64,000 nucleotides of DNA. Origin: Selaginella moellendorffii. Taxonomy: Eukaryota; Plantae; Lycopodiophyta. Where the stretch lies: the NCBI RefSeq assembly GCF_000143415.4, contig NW_003314288.1, positions 1,364,056 through 1,428,055 of the forward strand, given 5' to 3'. Below, piece by piece: positions 48,905 to 59,322 of the stretch. The notes beneath the pieces are model-generated. The model searched no databases and was not told the origin of the DNA. It saw only the letters and a program-made list of their open reading frames with translations. Both the position numbers and the translations under genes were made by a program. Position 1 is the first letter of the stretch. Each line of letters opens with the position of its first letter.

Positions 48905-50362
48905 TGTCCAAGATGGACCCAAGATGGAGTCCGAGATGGAGTCTGAGATAGAGTCTGAGATGGATCGAGACGGAGTCCGAGATGGCGTCCGAAATGGAGT
49001 CCGAGATGGAGTCCGAAATGGAGTCCGAGATGGAGTCTGAGATGGAGTCCGAGATGGACCCAAGGTGGAGTCCGAGATGGACCCAAGATGGACCCGAGGT
49101 GGAGTTCGAGATGGACCCAAGATGGAGTTGGAGATGGACCGAGATGGAGTCCAAGATGGACCCAAGATGGAGTCCGAGATGGAGTCTGAGATGGACCTGA
49201 GATAGAATCCGAGATGGAGTCTGAGAAAGACCCGAGATGGAGTCCGAGGTCGAGACCAAGACTAGGACTGAGACCAGGACCGAGACTGAGACCGAGACCG
49301 ACACTGAGATCGGGACCGAGACCGAGGCTGAGGCCGAGCCCGAGCCCGAGCCCAAGCCCGAGCCCAAGCCCGAGCCCGAGTTCAAGTTCAAGTCCGAGTT
49401 CGAGTCCAAGTCCAAGTTCGAGTCCGAGTCTGAGTTCAAGTCTAAGAGGGTGAAAGCCTAAAGCGTTTGTCTCCCAGACCCTAGGGGGTTTGGTGAGCTC
49501 CAAAAGTATAGTAAGGGGGAGGACTGCAGTGGAGCTAATTTGGCCAGGAAAGGCCAATTTGGCCAAGGAAGGCTATATGCAGTGTTGGGTGATGAGCTGC
49601 CCACTAGGAAGTCCAAGACTAGGGTGAACACAGACTGACAAGCAGGGTGGCTTGGTGAAGTGTTCAAGAGCTGGCTCTAGTTCCCCCGGGAGATCGACTG
49701 GCCGATGCTCCCAGTCCAAGTGTGGGTGGCATTACCTACTTGGATACCTAGTGTGGCTCAACGAAACCTCACTCTAAACCCATGGCTAGAGCACCCAAAG
49801 GCAGAAAGTGGGGAGAGTACCCATGAGGCTCGTGTAAGGCCACGGTGTTCCGACATGTTGTCCCAAAGGCCCAGACTGTGGAGAGGAAGAGAAGTAGTCC
49901 TCTTGTGTAGTGACCAAGGATACAGTCCAGTGGTGAGGAAGTCCTAGAGGACCGTGAGACTTAGTGGTCGGGCCTATGGGCCTCGATTTAGTGGCAATGT
50001 TGGCAAACACGGCCATGAGCAGAAAGGGACTTGGTAGGAATCAGAAAAGGGATATTGGGGAAGGCTATTCCCCATATCTGTAGGCATCCTAAGGATGCTA
50101 AAGAGTGGATCTAGGATGATCACTCATAGACGGATGGCCCAATCAATGGGCCAATATGTTGGTGGTACCTTGGGGTGTTGGTCATGGGATCGGACACGTG
50201 GAGCACTTGGACCAAGTGCAATGGTGGAGTGGCATGGATGCCATTCTTGGGGTTAGCAAGTCCCTAAGTCCAAAATAGGACTTATGGAGGTTGTGAATGA
50301 GACTCCTCCAAGTGGTCGGAGATGAAGTGACTAAAGTAGAATGGAAAATTTAGTCGCTTACA
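48905..50362 (+). repeat. LTR-like repeat with long GAGTCCGAGATG (12-bp) and CCGAGC (6-bp) arrays
   Basis: Array at 48910-49445. Ends AAATTTAGTCGCTTACA; the 3' part is an inverted match to 58913-59320. Confidence 0.65.
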
Positions 50363-50569
50363 TTGAGGTTCCTCACCACCCAACCACCCCCGAGCTACCT
50401 CAAAAGCTCCACTATGCTGCTGCTCTACTATGAGCTATAGGGTAGATTAAGTCCCATACCCTAACATGCCTTAATATACCCTTGAGCCTCCCTTTGACCA
50501 ATGTTGACTATGTGGTCAAGGTTTGCACCCAACAGTTTCCTAGTCAAGAGGAATTGGGCTATGGTTCCT

Positions 50570-51750
50570 AGAGATGATGTTCTTTTATAGTGGATTCTGT
50601 AAGAGTGTCCATTGCACCAAATGTAGGACATCTGAGGACATGTGTTCTGGTAGAGACACATTTATTTTGGCCTAGAATGAAGTCAAGTGTTTATAAGTAT
50701 GTGCACAATTGCTAGACTGGCCAGGCAGTCACAATGGATTGTCAGAAGCATGAAGGTCTCTACCATAGTTAACCTTAGCAAAAGTGGGATAGCATTTTCT
50801 ATGAGTTTCATAGTAGGCACTTCAAGGCAATAATGCTATTTGGGTTGTTGTGGATTGTGTGATGATGTTGGCTCACTTCTTCCTTGTGAAGACAAATGCT
50901 AAGGCTTTTGACTTTGCTCAGCTGTATTTCTCTATGGGTTGCCTAAGGATGTTGTAAGTGATCGGGATCCCACATTCACTTTAGAGTTTTGGTAGATGGT
51001 GTTCTAGAAGCTTGAGACAAAGTTGAGCATGAGCATCCACAGTCAGATGGACAAAAAAAATGAGTTAATTAGATGCTGGAAGACATGCTGAGATCATTTG
51101 TTGGTCATCTGAAGAGATAAAGTATTTGGGAGAAGTACCTGCCTTTGTTAGAGTTTGCCCATAACTGTGCCTTCCATTTGGCTATTGAGATGGCTCCATT
51201 TATGGCAATGTATGGCTTTCAACCTCAGTCCCTTGTTGGTATGAACTTGGCTTCTCTTAAGGTGCACCAGGCAAAGGAGTTGGCTGATGAGCATCATCAG
51301 CACAAGCAGTTTCAGGTTGGAGACAAGGTTTTCCTTTGAAGCTCAGTGAGCTCTTCAAGGTGGAGGTAGTTCTAAGTTGTCGCCACAGTACTGTGGGCCT
51401 TGGATTATTCTCAAACGAGTTGGACACCTTGCCTATCAACTAGACTTGCCTAGTGGTGTGAAGATTCATCCTGTCTTCTATGTAGGGAAGTTGAAGGCTT
51501 GTTTGCATTTTGGTAATATCTTGGACCAGTCTGCAATCAAGATTCCAGAGATAGATGTTTGAAGGTTGGCCCTACTTCTGTGTTATAGCAACGACTAGCG
51601 TACACACGTCGTAAGACTTGGACAGAGTTACTTGTTCAGTGGAATGGTTATTCTCCATATGATGCTACATGGGAAGCTGAGGATGATGTGAGGAAGATGT
51701 TTCCTAATTTTGAGTATGACTTGGATGACATTCCAGAGGAAGAGGAGAAG
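50570..51750 (+). pseudogene. Degraded gypsy integrase-chromodomain remnant
   Basis: FWPRMKSSV, VSDRDP, AYQLDLPSGVKIHPVFYVGKLK and LLVQWNGYSPYDATWE in broken frames. Confidence 0.7.
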
Positions 51751-51857
51751 TAGTCACTTGCTCCTATCCTTTCTTTCTTTTCTGACCCTGTTGATGGCTG
51801 GAGGTGTTGTGTCACGTGAGACAGTTAGCAGTTTTGTTAGTGCTAGCTTCTCTCTCC

Positions 51858-52310
51858 TCACCTACTGTTCATCATAGTTGGAGCAGAGGGAAAAGTGTCA
51901 CTGTATTTCGTGATGAACCAGCTGATTCTGGACCTAGGTCTCTGATCAAAGAGCCAAATACCAACTGCAAATTTGCATGTGAAGAGGTGTTCAAGCATCT
52001 CCACGGGGTTTTCATTGCATAGAATACACAGAGTTTTGTGAACTGTGAGCCAATCACCAACAGGGATGCTGTCCTGCGCAAGAAGCCAGCTTACCTTAGC
52101 TTCCACCAGTGTCTTCCACATGTTTACAATGTACTTCCGATTCTTCAACTTCTGCATAAGCTTGGTGTCAATTTTATCCATCAAAAGCTCTCTGCCATGC
52201 TTAGACCTGTACATATAAAAAGACACACTGAACTCATTACCTTCCCAGGATAACTGATCCTTTAACCGAAGGCCATCCTGGGAACTGGGACCTCCTTGGG
52301 AACTATACAT
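51858..52310 (-). pseudogene. LINE-like zf-RVT remnant
   Basis: CILCNENPVEMLEHLFTCKFAVGIW fits the non-LTR C-x2-C...EHL..C zinc finger. Confidence 0.55.
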
Positions 52311-53471
52311 GGAAACAGTGTACCTCTGTTATGGGGATAAAAAACGATACCTTGAGGTGATGGGGTTGTTTCCATAACAAAGATGATTTGAGTCTCAGCA
52401 CCATCAAGCATTATCCAATCACGAACCTCAATAACTTCAGTTTGTAAAGCAAGATGAAGGCGATCACAAGTGATGCTGCCTTAAGCTTTGATGTGGAGTT
52501 TTCATCCTGGGTTGTAATGGGTTGTCATGAGGCCATCCGATGAGCAAGGTTTGCTCCAAGCGAACGTTAAACAAATACCTGACTTTACCTTTTTCATTGT
52601 ATCATACCTTGTCCACTGCTGAGGAAGAAAAACAAGATCCCAACAAGAACTTTGCTGTACATGATGGCTTGCTAGCTCTTTGTAGATCCAATAAGTCTTT
52701 GATCGAAGCTCCCACATTCCTATGCCACCTAGGCCAAAGACCTCTACCCAAGCCTGGAGCTGAACAGTCACCTATATACTGTTGATTACTGTTCTTATGC
52801 GCTACGTTGAAGAACAAGCGATCAGCTAATGCCTCTGTCAGATTGTCTGGTTCTTTCTGACTTAACCTGGGTAGGAGTGACTTCCATATCTTCAACATCT
52901 CTTTTGCTATTCCATCCTGGACCTTCTTTGTGTTGAGAGGAGCAGTGCCAATCGATTCCTTGTTTCTAGTTACCACCCTGTCTAGGCAAGATCTTCTACA
53001 GCTGAGCTCTGAAGAGGAGGTGCCAGCTCTGGTTTCGTGGATATAAACCTGACACAAGAACTTTGAAGAGAAGAGCTTTGGATTGAATTCCTGGGGGTGG
53101 CACATTCCGAATAACTGAATTCCACTCTACTTTTGCCCGGACTTTGCACCCGCTGGAGTTTTTAAAGTTTCTACATATGTTGTTGGTGATCAAGTGTTGG
53201 TGAGTTATCGGGTGTTGCGGATCCAAGGTTTTGCTGCGTAGGTCCTTATCACATCGTCCAACAAGTTGGTCCACAAATCTATGTGGTGACACTCAATGCA
53301 CAACGTCAAGAGAAGATCCATGTGAAGCAGTTAGCTCGATATTGTGTGTGAACTGATTGATGTAAGGATTCTACCATATATTCTATGGTAGATATAGATA
53401 AACTCAACAAGATTGTATTTATGGAGCCCACATGAGTAGGAGTGAGGTGTTATCATATTATGAATCCCACA

Positions 53472-54723
53472 CCTAGAAATCCCGATTTGTTATTCTCTGC
53501 TCTTGCTGTAGTAGTAAAAAGCTCGTGTTTTCTGTTTTTTCTTTTTCTAATTCTTTTCCTTTTTAAACTTTACAATGTCACAGCTTAACTGCAGCAGCTT
53601 AGATGTTTATTGTTAAAAAAAAATCTCTTTGATATATATAGAAAGTGAGCCAGCAGCAATCAGTTGCTCAAGAGCTGAAGAATCAGTACATGCATAATTT
53701 TCAGACAATCTTCTAACTGGCTGAACATCAGGTTTTTATGATTATTATTATTATTACTAACAACACGCACGAACTTCCTAGAAATCCCGATTTGTTATTC
53801 TCTGCATTCATTTTTTATATGATCTGTTGCTGCATGCACTTAACTGTAGATAGTCTTCAGTTCTTCAATATAATCTGCTAACTAAAAGATATCGATACAC
53901 TCAATATACAAAAATAAACCACTCTACACAAATTAAATAAAAAATGCTCTTCATGGGGCGACGCAGGTTTTTATGATTATTATTATTACTAACAACACGC
54001 ACGAACTTCCTAGAAATCCCGATTTGTTATTCTCTGCATTCATTTTTTATATAATCTGTTGCTGCATGCACTTAACTGTAGGTAGTCTTCAGTTCTTCAA
54101 TATAATCTGCTAACTAAAAGATATTGATACACTCAATATGCAAAAATAAACCACACTCTACACAAATTAAATAAAAAATCCTCTTCATGGGGCGACACGG
54201 CCAGAAGCCTCAGGGCACCAGTTTCATGCAGAACACTTTCGCAAATGACTCTCGCCCGGGGCCCATGCACAGGAGTCCTCGGGCGGTGGTAAAACCTCAC
54301 AAGGCCTCACGTACTTATATTCACCCTGGGCTTCTGGCTGCTCCACAACATACCTTACCACACCAAACTCTTTGCACATGAAGCCATGCACGGAGGAAAA
54401 AACCACGCAAGGCCTCACATGCTTACATTCAGTCCTTATATGTGTTCTTGGCCTCGCTCAGTTCATCTCCTTTGTTGTCCACCTGCGCTTCTTTACTTCA
54501 TGTTGATGTTCAGCCAGTTAGAAGATTGTCTGAAAATTATGCATGTACTGATTCTTCAGCTCTTGAGCAACTGATTGTTGCTGGCTCACTTTCTATATAT
54601 ATCAAAGAGACAATAAACATCTAAGCTGTTGCAGTTAAGCTGTGACATTGTAAAGTTTAAAAAGGAAAAGAATAAGAAAAAACAGAAAACACAGTTAAGT
54701 ACTAACAAATCGGGATTTCTAGG
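53472..54723. repeat. Inverted repeat (~200-bp arms) enclosing a ~235-bp tandem duplication
   Basis: 53526-53730 is the reverse complement of 54504-54691. Direct copies at 53729-53962 and 53964-54196. Confidence 0.85.
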
Positions 54724-54725
54724 GT

Positions 54726-57700
54726 ATGCGTGCGGCGCTAGGGTTTGTGTGGTGTGTGTCATTTCTCAACAATCTCATGGAGTGGAAAACGTTTTTCAGG
54801 GATCCCACTTTCTGGTGGGACAACAGGTTCAAGAAGAAAACCAAGTTCTTCTCAGAGTCCTACCCGGATTTCAAACATGTTTCTACCGGAGAGAGCCTGT
54901 GGATCGCCAACAGGAAAACACCAACCTGGGTCTCTGCAAAACTCGAGTCGCTCGCTGACCCAGCTGTAGGTAAGGCCACCACGGCCCGCTACAAATCTCC
55001 ACATACCCCACCTGTAGCTGGTGATGAACCGGTGAGTTTAGGGAGGCTGATACACCGCGTGAGAGACTCAGCTGAGAGCAGATCCCTTTCTTTGGGAAAA
55101 CAAGCCCATGAAGCTGTGCTCAAGAGTGATGAGCACAAAAGCAACATCTACTTGTTGACGGGATTGATCGATATGTACTGCAAGTGTGGCGAGCTTGAGG
55201 AGGCTCGCAAGATTTTCGACTCCATGGGAACCCGGAGTGTTGTGTCCTACAACGCGATCATCCAGGGCTGTGGCTCGAACGGGCAAGCTGAACTTGCTCT
55301 GGAGTACTACTCTGCCCTGAGAGTTGATAACACCATTCAACCCGACGATCGGACTCATGTCGCGGTGATCAGCGCCTGCTCCAGACTTGCTATCGAATCA
55401 AGCGAGAAGAGGGAGAGAGCTCTACGCATCGCGATGGAGATCCATTCAATGCTGAGCAAGGAGAAGAAACAGGTAGATCTGTTCGTGGCGACTTGCCTGG
55501 TAGACATGTACTGCAAGTGTGGCGAGCTTGAGGAGGCTCGCAAGATTTTCCACTCCATGGGAACTCGGAGTGTTGTCTCCTACAATGCGATCATCCACGG
55601 CTGCGGCTCGAACGGGCAAGCTGAACTTGCTCTGGAGTACTACTCTGCCCTGAGAGCTGCTAACACCATTCAACCTGACGATTGGACACATGTCGCGGTG
55701 ATCAGCGCCTGCTCCACACTTGCTACCGCATCCAGTGAGAAGAGGGAGAGAGCTCTATGCATCGGGATGCAAGTCCATTCAGTACTGAGCAAGGAGAAGA
55801 AACATCTAGGTCTGTTCGTGGCGAATTGCCTGGTAGACATGTACTGCAAGTGTGGCGAGCTTGAGGAGGCTCGCAAGATTTTCCACTCCATGGGAACTCG
55901 GAGTGTTGTGTCCTACACCGCGATCATCCAGGGCTGCAACACGAACGGGCGAGCTGAACTTGCTCTGGAGTACTACTCTGCCCTGAGAGTTGATAACACC
56001 ATTCAACCCGACGATCGGACTCATGTTGCGGTGATCAGCGCCTGCTCCACACTTGCTACCGAATCCAGCGAGAAGAGGGAGAGAGCTCTACGCATCGGGA
56101 TGGAGATCCATTCAATTCTGAGCAAGGAGAAGAAACAGGTAGATCTGTTCGTGGCGACTTGCCTGGTAGACATGTACTGCAAGTGTGGCGAGCTTGAGGA
56201 GGCTCGCAAGATTTTCCACTCCATGGGAACTCGGAGTGTTGTCTCCTACAATGCGATCATCCACGGCTGCAACACGAACGGGCGAGCTGAACTTGCTCTG
56301 GAGTACTACTCTGCCCTGAGAGCTTGTACCACCATTCAACCCAACGATCGGACTCATGTTGCGGTGATCAACGCCTGCTCCACACTTGCTACCGAATCCA
56401 GCGAGAAGAGGGAGAGAGCTCTACGCATCGGGATGCAAGTCCATTCAGTACTGAGCAAGGAGAAGAAACATCTAGGTCTGTTCGTGGCGAATTGCCTGGT
56501 AGACATGTACTGCAAGTGTGGCGAGCTTGAGGAGGCTCGCAAGATTTTCCACTCCATGGGAACTCGGAGTGTTGTGTCCTACACTGCGATCATCCAGGGC
56601 TGCAACACGAACGGGCGAGCTGAACTTGCTCTGGAGTACTACTCTGCCCTGAGAGCTGATAACACCATTCAAGCTGATGCTTGGACCTACACCTGCGTCC
56701 TTGTTGCTTGCGGGAGTGTGATGGCGATCAAGCTCGGGAGGGAGATTCACCAGCTGGCGAAGCATAAAGGGCTGCTGAAAAACAATCCAGTTCTGGGCTC
56801 CAGCCTGGTGAGCTTCTACGGCAAATGCGGTGATGTTGATTCTGCTCAGGAAGCGTTTGACGAGTGCCGAGCTCGGGACGACACGGGTCTCTGGAACTCT
56901 CTCATACAGGCTTACACTCTCCAGGGCCGATCGATCGAGGCCTTGGAGCGTTTCTATTCCATGACTCAGGAGGAGGGCTGTAAAGCTGACGATGTGAGTT
57001 TTGTTTCGGTGTTGAACGCTTGCAGCCATGGTGGTCTGGTCGGGAAAGGAAGGCAGCTTCTGGATGAAATGCCCAAGCAGTATGGAGTCAAGCCACGTCT
57101 GGAGCATTATGTGTGCCTGATCGATATGCTCGGGCGAGCTAACCTCCTCGACGAAGCTGTGAGAGTTCTCAGAGCCATGCCTTTTGAACCGGATGCAGTG
57201 GTTTGGACGTCCCTGCTCGGAGCCTGCCGGAAGTGGAAGAATTACACGATCGGCAAACTTGCGTTTGAGCGTCTTGTGGAGATGGATCCCAAGAGCGGCA
57301 CGCCCTACGCATTGATGGCCAATATATTTGGAAACCTGGGGATGCTCAGTGAAAGGGCCGCTGTTGTGGAGAGAATGAGAGGTGAAGGCAGCTTCAGGGA
57401 GCCCGGGAGAAGCTGGTGGACGGATGTTAGCTCAGGAAAAGTGCATTCTTTTTCTGTTGGGGATAGGAGTCACTCACAGAGTGACGAGATTGCGGCCAAG
57501 CTCAAGCAATTGTTGCTGAGAATGAAAGAGGAGGGGTACGCGAGCGATGTGATCAACGTTCTAAAAGACATACCCGAGGAAGAGAAAGAGGATCACCTGT
57601 GCGGCCACAGTGAGAAGCTTGCGCTGGGGTGTGCTCTGGTGAACTCGCACCAGAAGGAGACCATCAGAATTGTGAAAAATCTCCCAGTTTGTGACGATTG

Positions 57701-57815
57701 CCATGCGGCCACTGCTCTCATCTCTAAGCTGGAAAAAAGGCTAATCATCTGCAAAGATGCCAGTCGGGTTCATGTGTTCCAGGATGGCAGATGTTCCTGT
57801 GACAACTACTTTTGA
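54726..57815 (+). CDS. PLS-DYW (WW-type) PPR RNA-editing factor with N-terminal OSB-type PDF motif, 1029 aa
   Basis: Intact ORF with P-L-S triplets and an E domain. PGRSWW box, HSEKLA, CDDCH, C-terminal CSCDNYF. N-terminal WWDNR...YPDFKH...LWI. Confidence 0.92.
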   Translation: MRAALGFVWCVSFLNNLMEWKTFFRDPTFWWDNRFKKKTKFFSESYPDFKHVSTGESLWIANRKTPTWVSAKLESLADPAVGKATTARYKSPHTPPVAGDEPVSLGRLIHRVRDSAESRSLSLGKQAHEAVLKSDEHKSNIYLLTGLIDMYCKCGELEEARKIFDSMGTRSVVSYNAIIQGCGSNGQAELALEYYSALRVDNTIQPDDRTHVAVISACSRLAIESSEKRERALRIAMEIHSMLSKEKKQVDLFVATCLVDMYCKCGELEEARKIFHSMGTRSVVSYNAIIHGCGSNGQAELALEYYSALRAANTIQPDDWTHVAVISACSTLATASSEKRERALCIGMQVHSVLSKEKKHLGLFVANCLVDMYCKCGELEEARKIFHSMGTRSVVSYTAIIQGCNTNGRAELALEYYSALRVDNTIQPDDRTHVAVISACSTLATESSEKRERALRIGMEIHSILSKEKKQVDLFVATCLVDMYCKCGELEEARKIFHSMGTRSVVSYNAIIHGCNTNGRAELALEYYSALRACTTIQPNDRTHVAVINACSTLATESSEKRERALRIGMQVHSVLSKEKKHLGLFVANCLVDMYCKCGELEEARKIFHSMGTRSVVSYTAIIQGCNTNGRAELALEYYSALRADNTIQADAWTYTCVLVACGSVMAIKLGREIHQLAKHKGLLKNNPVLGSSLVSFYGKCGDVDSAQEAFDECRARDDTGLWNSLIQAYTLQGRSIEALERFYSMTQEEGCKADDVSFVSVLNACSHGGLVGKGRQLLDEMPKQYGVKPRLEHYVCLIDMLGRANLLDEAVRVLRAMPFEPDAVVWTSLLGACRKWKNYTIGKLAFERLVEMDPKSGTPYALMANIFGNLGMLSERAAVVERMRGEGSFREPGRSWWTDVSSGKVHSFSVGDRSHSQSDEIAAKLKQLLLRMKEEGYASDVINVLKDIPEEEKEDHLCGHSEKLALGCALVNSHQKETIRIVKNLPVCDDCHAATALISKLEKRLIICKDASRVHVFQDGRCSCDNYF

Positions 57816-58912
57816 AAACATGTCAGTGCTCTTTCTTGCAGTTATCCCTGGTTTTATCCCTCCGTGAGTCAAGCAGAAACATGGGCCGCTGAGTGAGCAT
57901 GCCTCGTCAAAGTACCGCCGCCAACCTGAACTTCACGGAGAAAAAATTAACATTTAAAAGTTAAAACTATGCAAAAGGAGGATGACACGTTGTCTTAAAT
58001 TTAAATTTCTTTTTGGTAGCAGAATCGGGGAATGCTGACTAAACCTGCCAACAGGTGCCCCAAAACAGAGCACCCAGATTCAGATAATAAGCCTTAGTAT
58101 GAAGACTTGCCAGTACCCAAACTCTTTGCTGATAGCAAATACCGCCTCATGTTCCGGGAGCAAGGTGATGGCGGCTTGCGGCATGACCAACTTTGGGTTT
58201 GTGCTCCTAGAGCACGTTGAAGACGTGTGGAAGCTGGTGATGACGGCATTTGTTTCTTGCAATGTACTCACCAGCTCCTCGGCAACGTCTTCCTTCCAGA
58301 TTTTTTGAGCTTGTCGTGAGTGGTGACCTGCTTGCTCTCTCCTGTGACGACTTCTTCCAGCCTCTGGTGCCCAGGCTCTCTTGTGGATGGAGCTAGCCCT
58401 ACACAGTGTGTGTGTGTGTATCAACCAGCAGATGCACAAATCGTTGAGAATTAGCAACAAGTGTGTATCATAGGCTTAGTACGTAGTGTACTAGTGTACA
58501 TGTACATGTGTTTCATCTAAATATAATGGGCCAAATACACCGAAGAAGTGTGTATAAGAAGAGTAGAAACAAATTAAGAAATGTAAATTAAGAAGTGCAA
58601 AAGAAATGAAAATAAAAATTGTCCATCCTCATCAGTTTGCTGAAATTAAGTTGGATTCAATTCTTCCAGCTCCAAATATTGTGTGATTGAGTTGTGTTTG
58701 ATAATATCTTCTTTGCTTTTAGTTTTTTATTTTCGAAAGAAAATTAGTGGGGGAGTGTTGGTAAAGATATCTTTGCCGTTCATTGGTGGTTAATTAAATG
58801 AGCATGTTTAGAGATGTTTATAAGAGTTTAGCTCTGGACTAAGAGTTACCCAAAAATTAAAGTTCAAAATTTATGTTTTCCCTATTTGCACAATAACTTA
58901 AGCTAAAGTAAT

Positions 58913-59322
58913 TGTAAGCGACTAAATTTTCCATTCTACTTTAGTCATTTAACCACACCTCTGACCACTTGGAGGAGTCTCATTCACAACCTCTTTAAGT
59001 CCAATTCAGGACTTAGGGCTTGCTAGTCCCGAGAATGGCATCCATGCCACTCATCCCTTGCACTTGGTCCAAGTGTTCCACGTGTCTAGTCCCAAGACCA
59101 ACACCCAAAGGTACCATTGACATATCGGCCCGTTACGCTAAGGCCATGCCCCTTTGCCGCATTAGTGGTCACATCGGTGGTCTGACACCACCTCCATCAC
59201 AGTCCCGTCTCTCAAAGACTAGGCCATCCGTTCATGAGCGATCATCCCAGATCCACTCCTTAGCATCCTTAGAATGCCCATAGACATGGGGAATAGCCTT
59301 CCCCAATATTCCTTTTTCAGTC
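58913..59322 (-). repeat. LTR fragment interrupted by the next gypsy element
   Basis: TGTAAGCGACTAAATTTTCC... is an inverted match to ~50040-50362. Confidence 0.7.

Noticed and set aside
48517-49566. Long LG/SD/ES-repeat ORFs (also 33155-33597)
   Set aside because: Products of 6/12-bp tandem repeats that are open in several frames on both strands.
58080-58460. 126-aa minus-strand ORF, possible host exon
   Set aside because: No recognisable motif or supporting exon structure.
59034-59050. ATGGCATCCATGCCAC (and its inverse at ~50229) as copies of the 22-bp motif
   Set aside because: Shorter arms and different spacing; part of an unrelated LTR.
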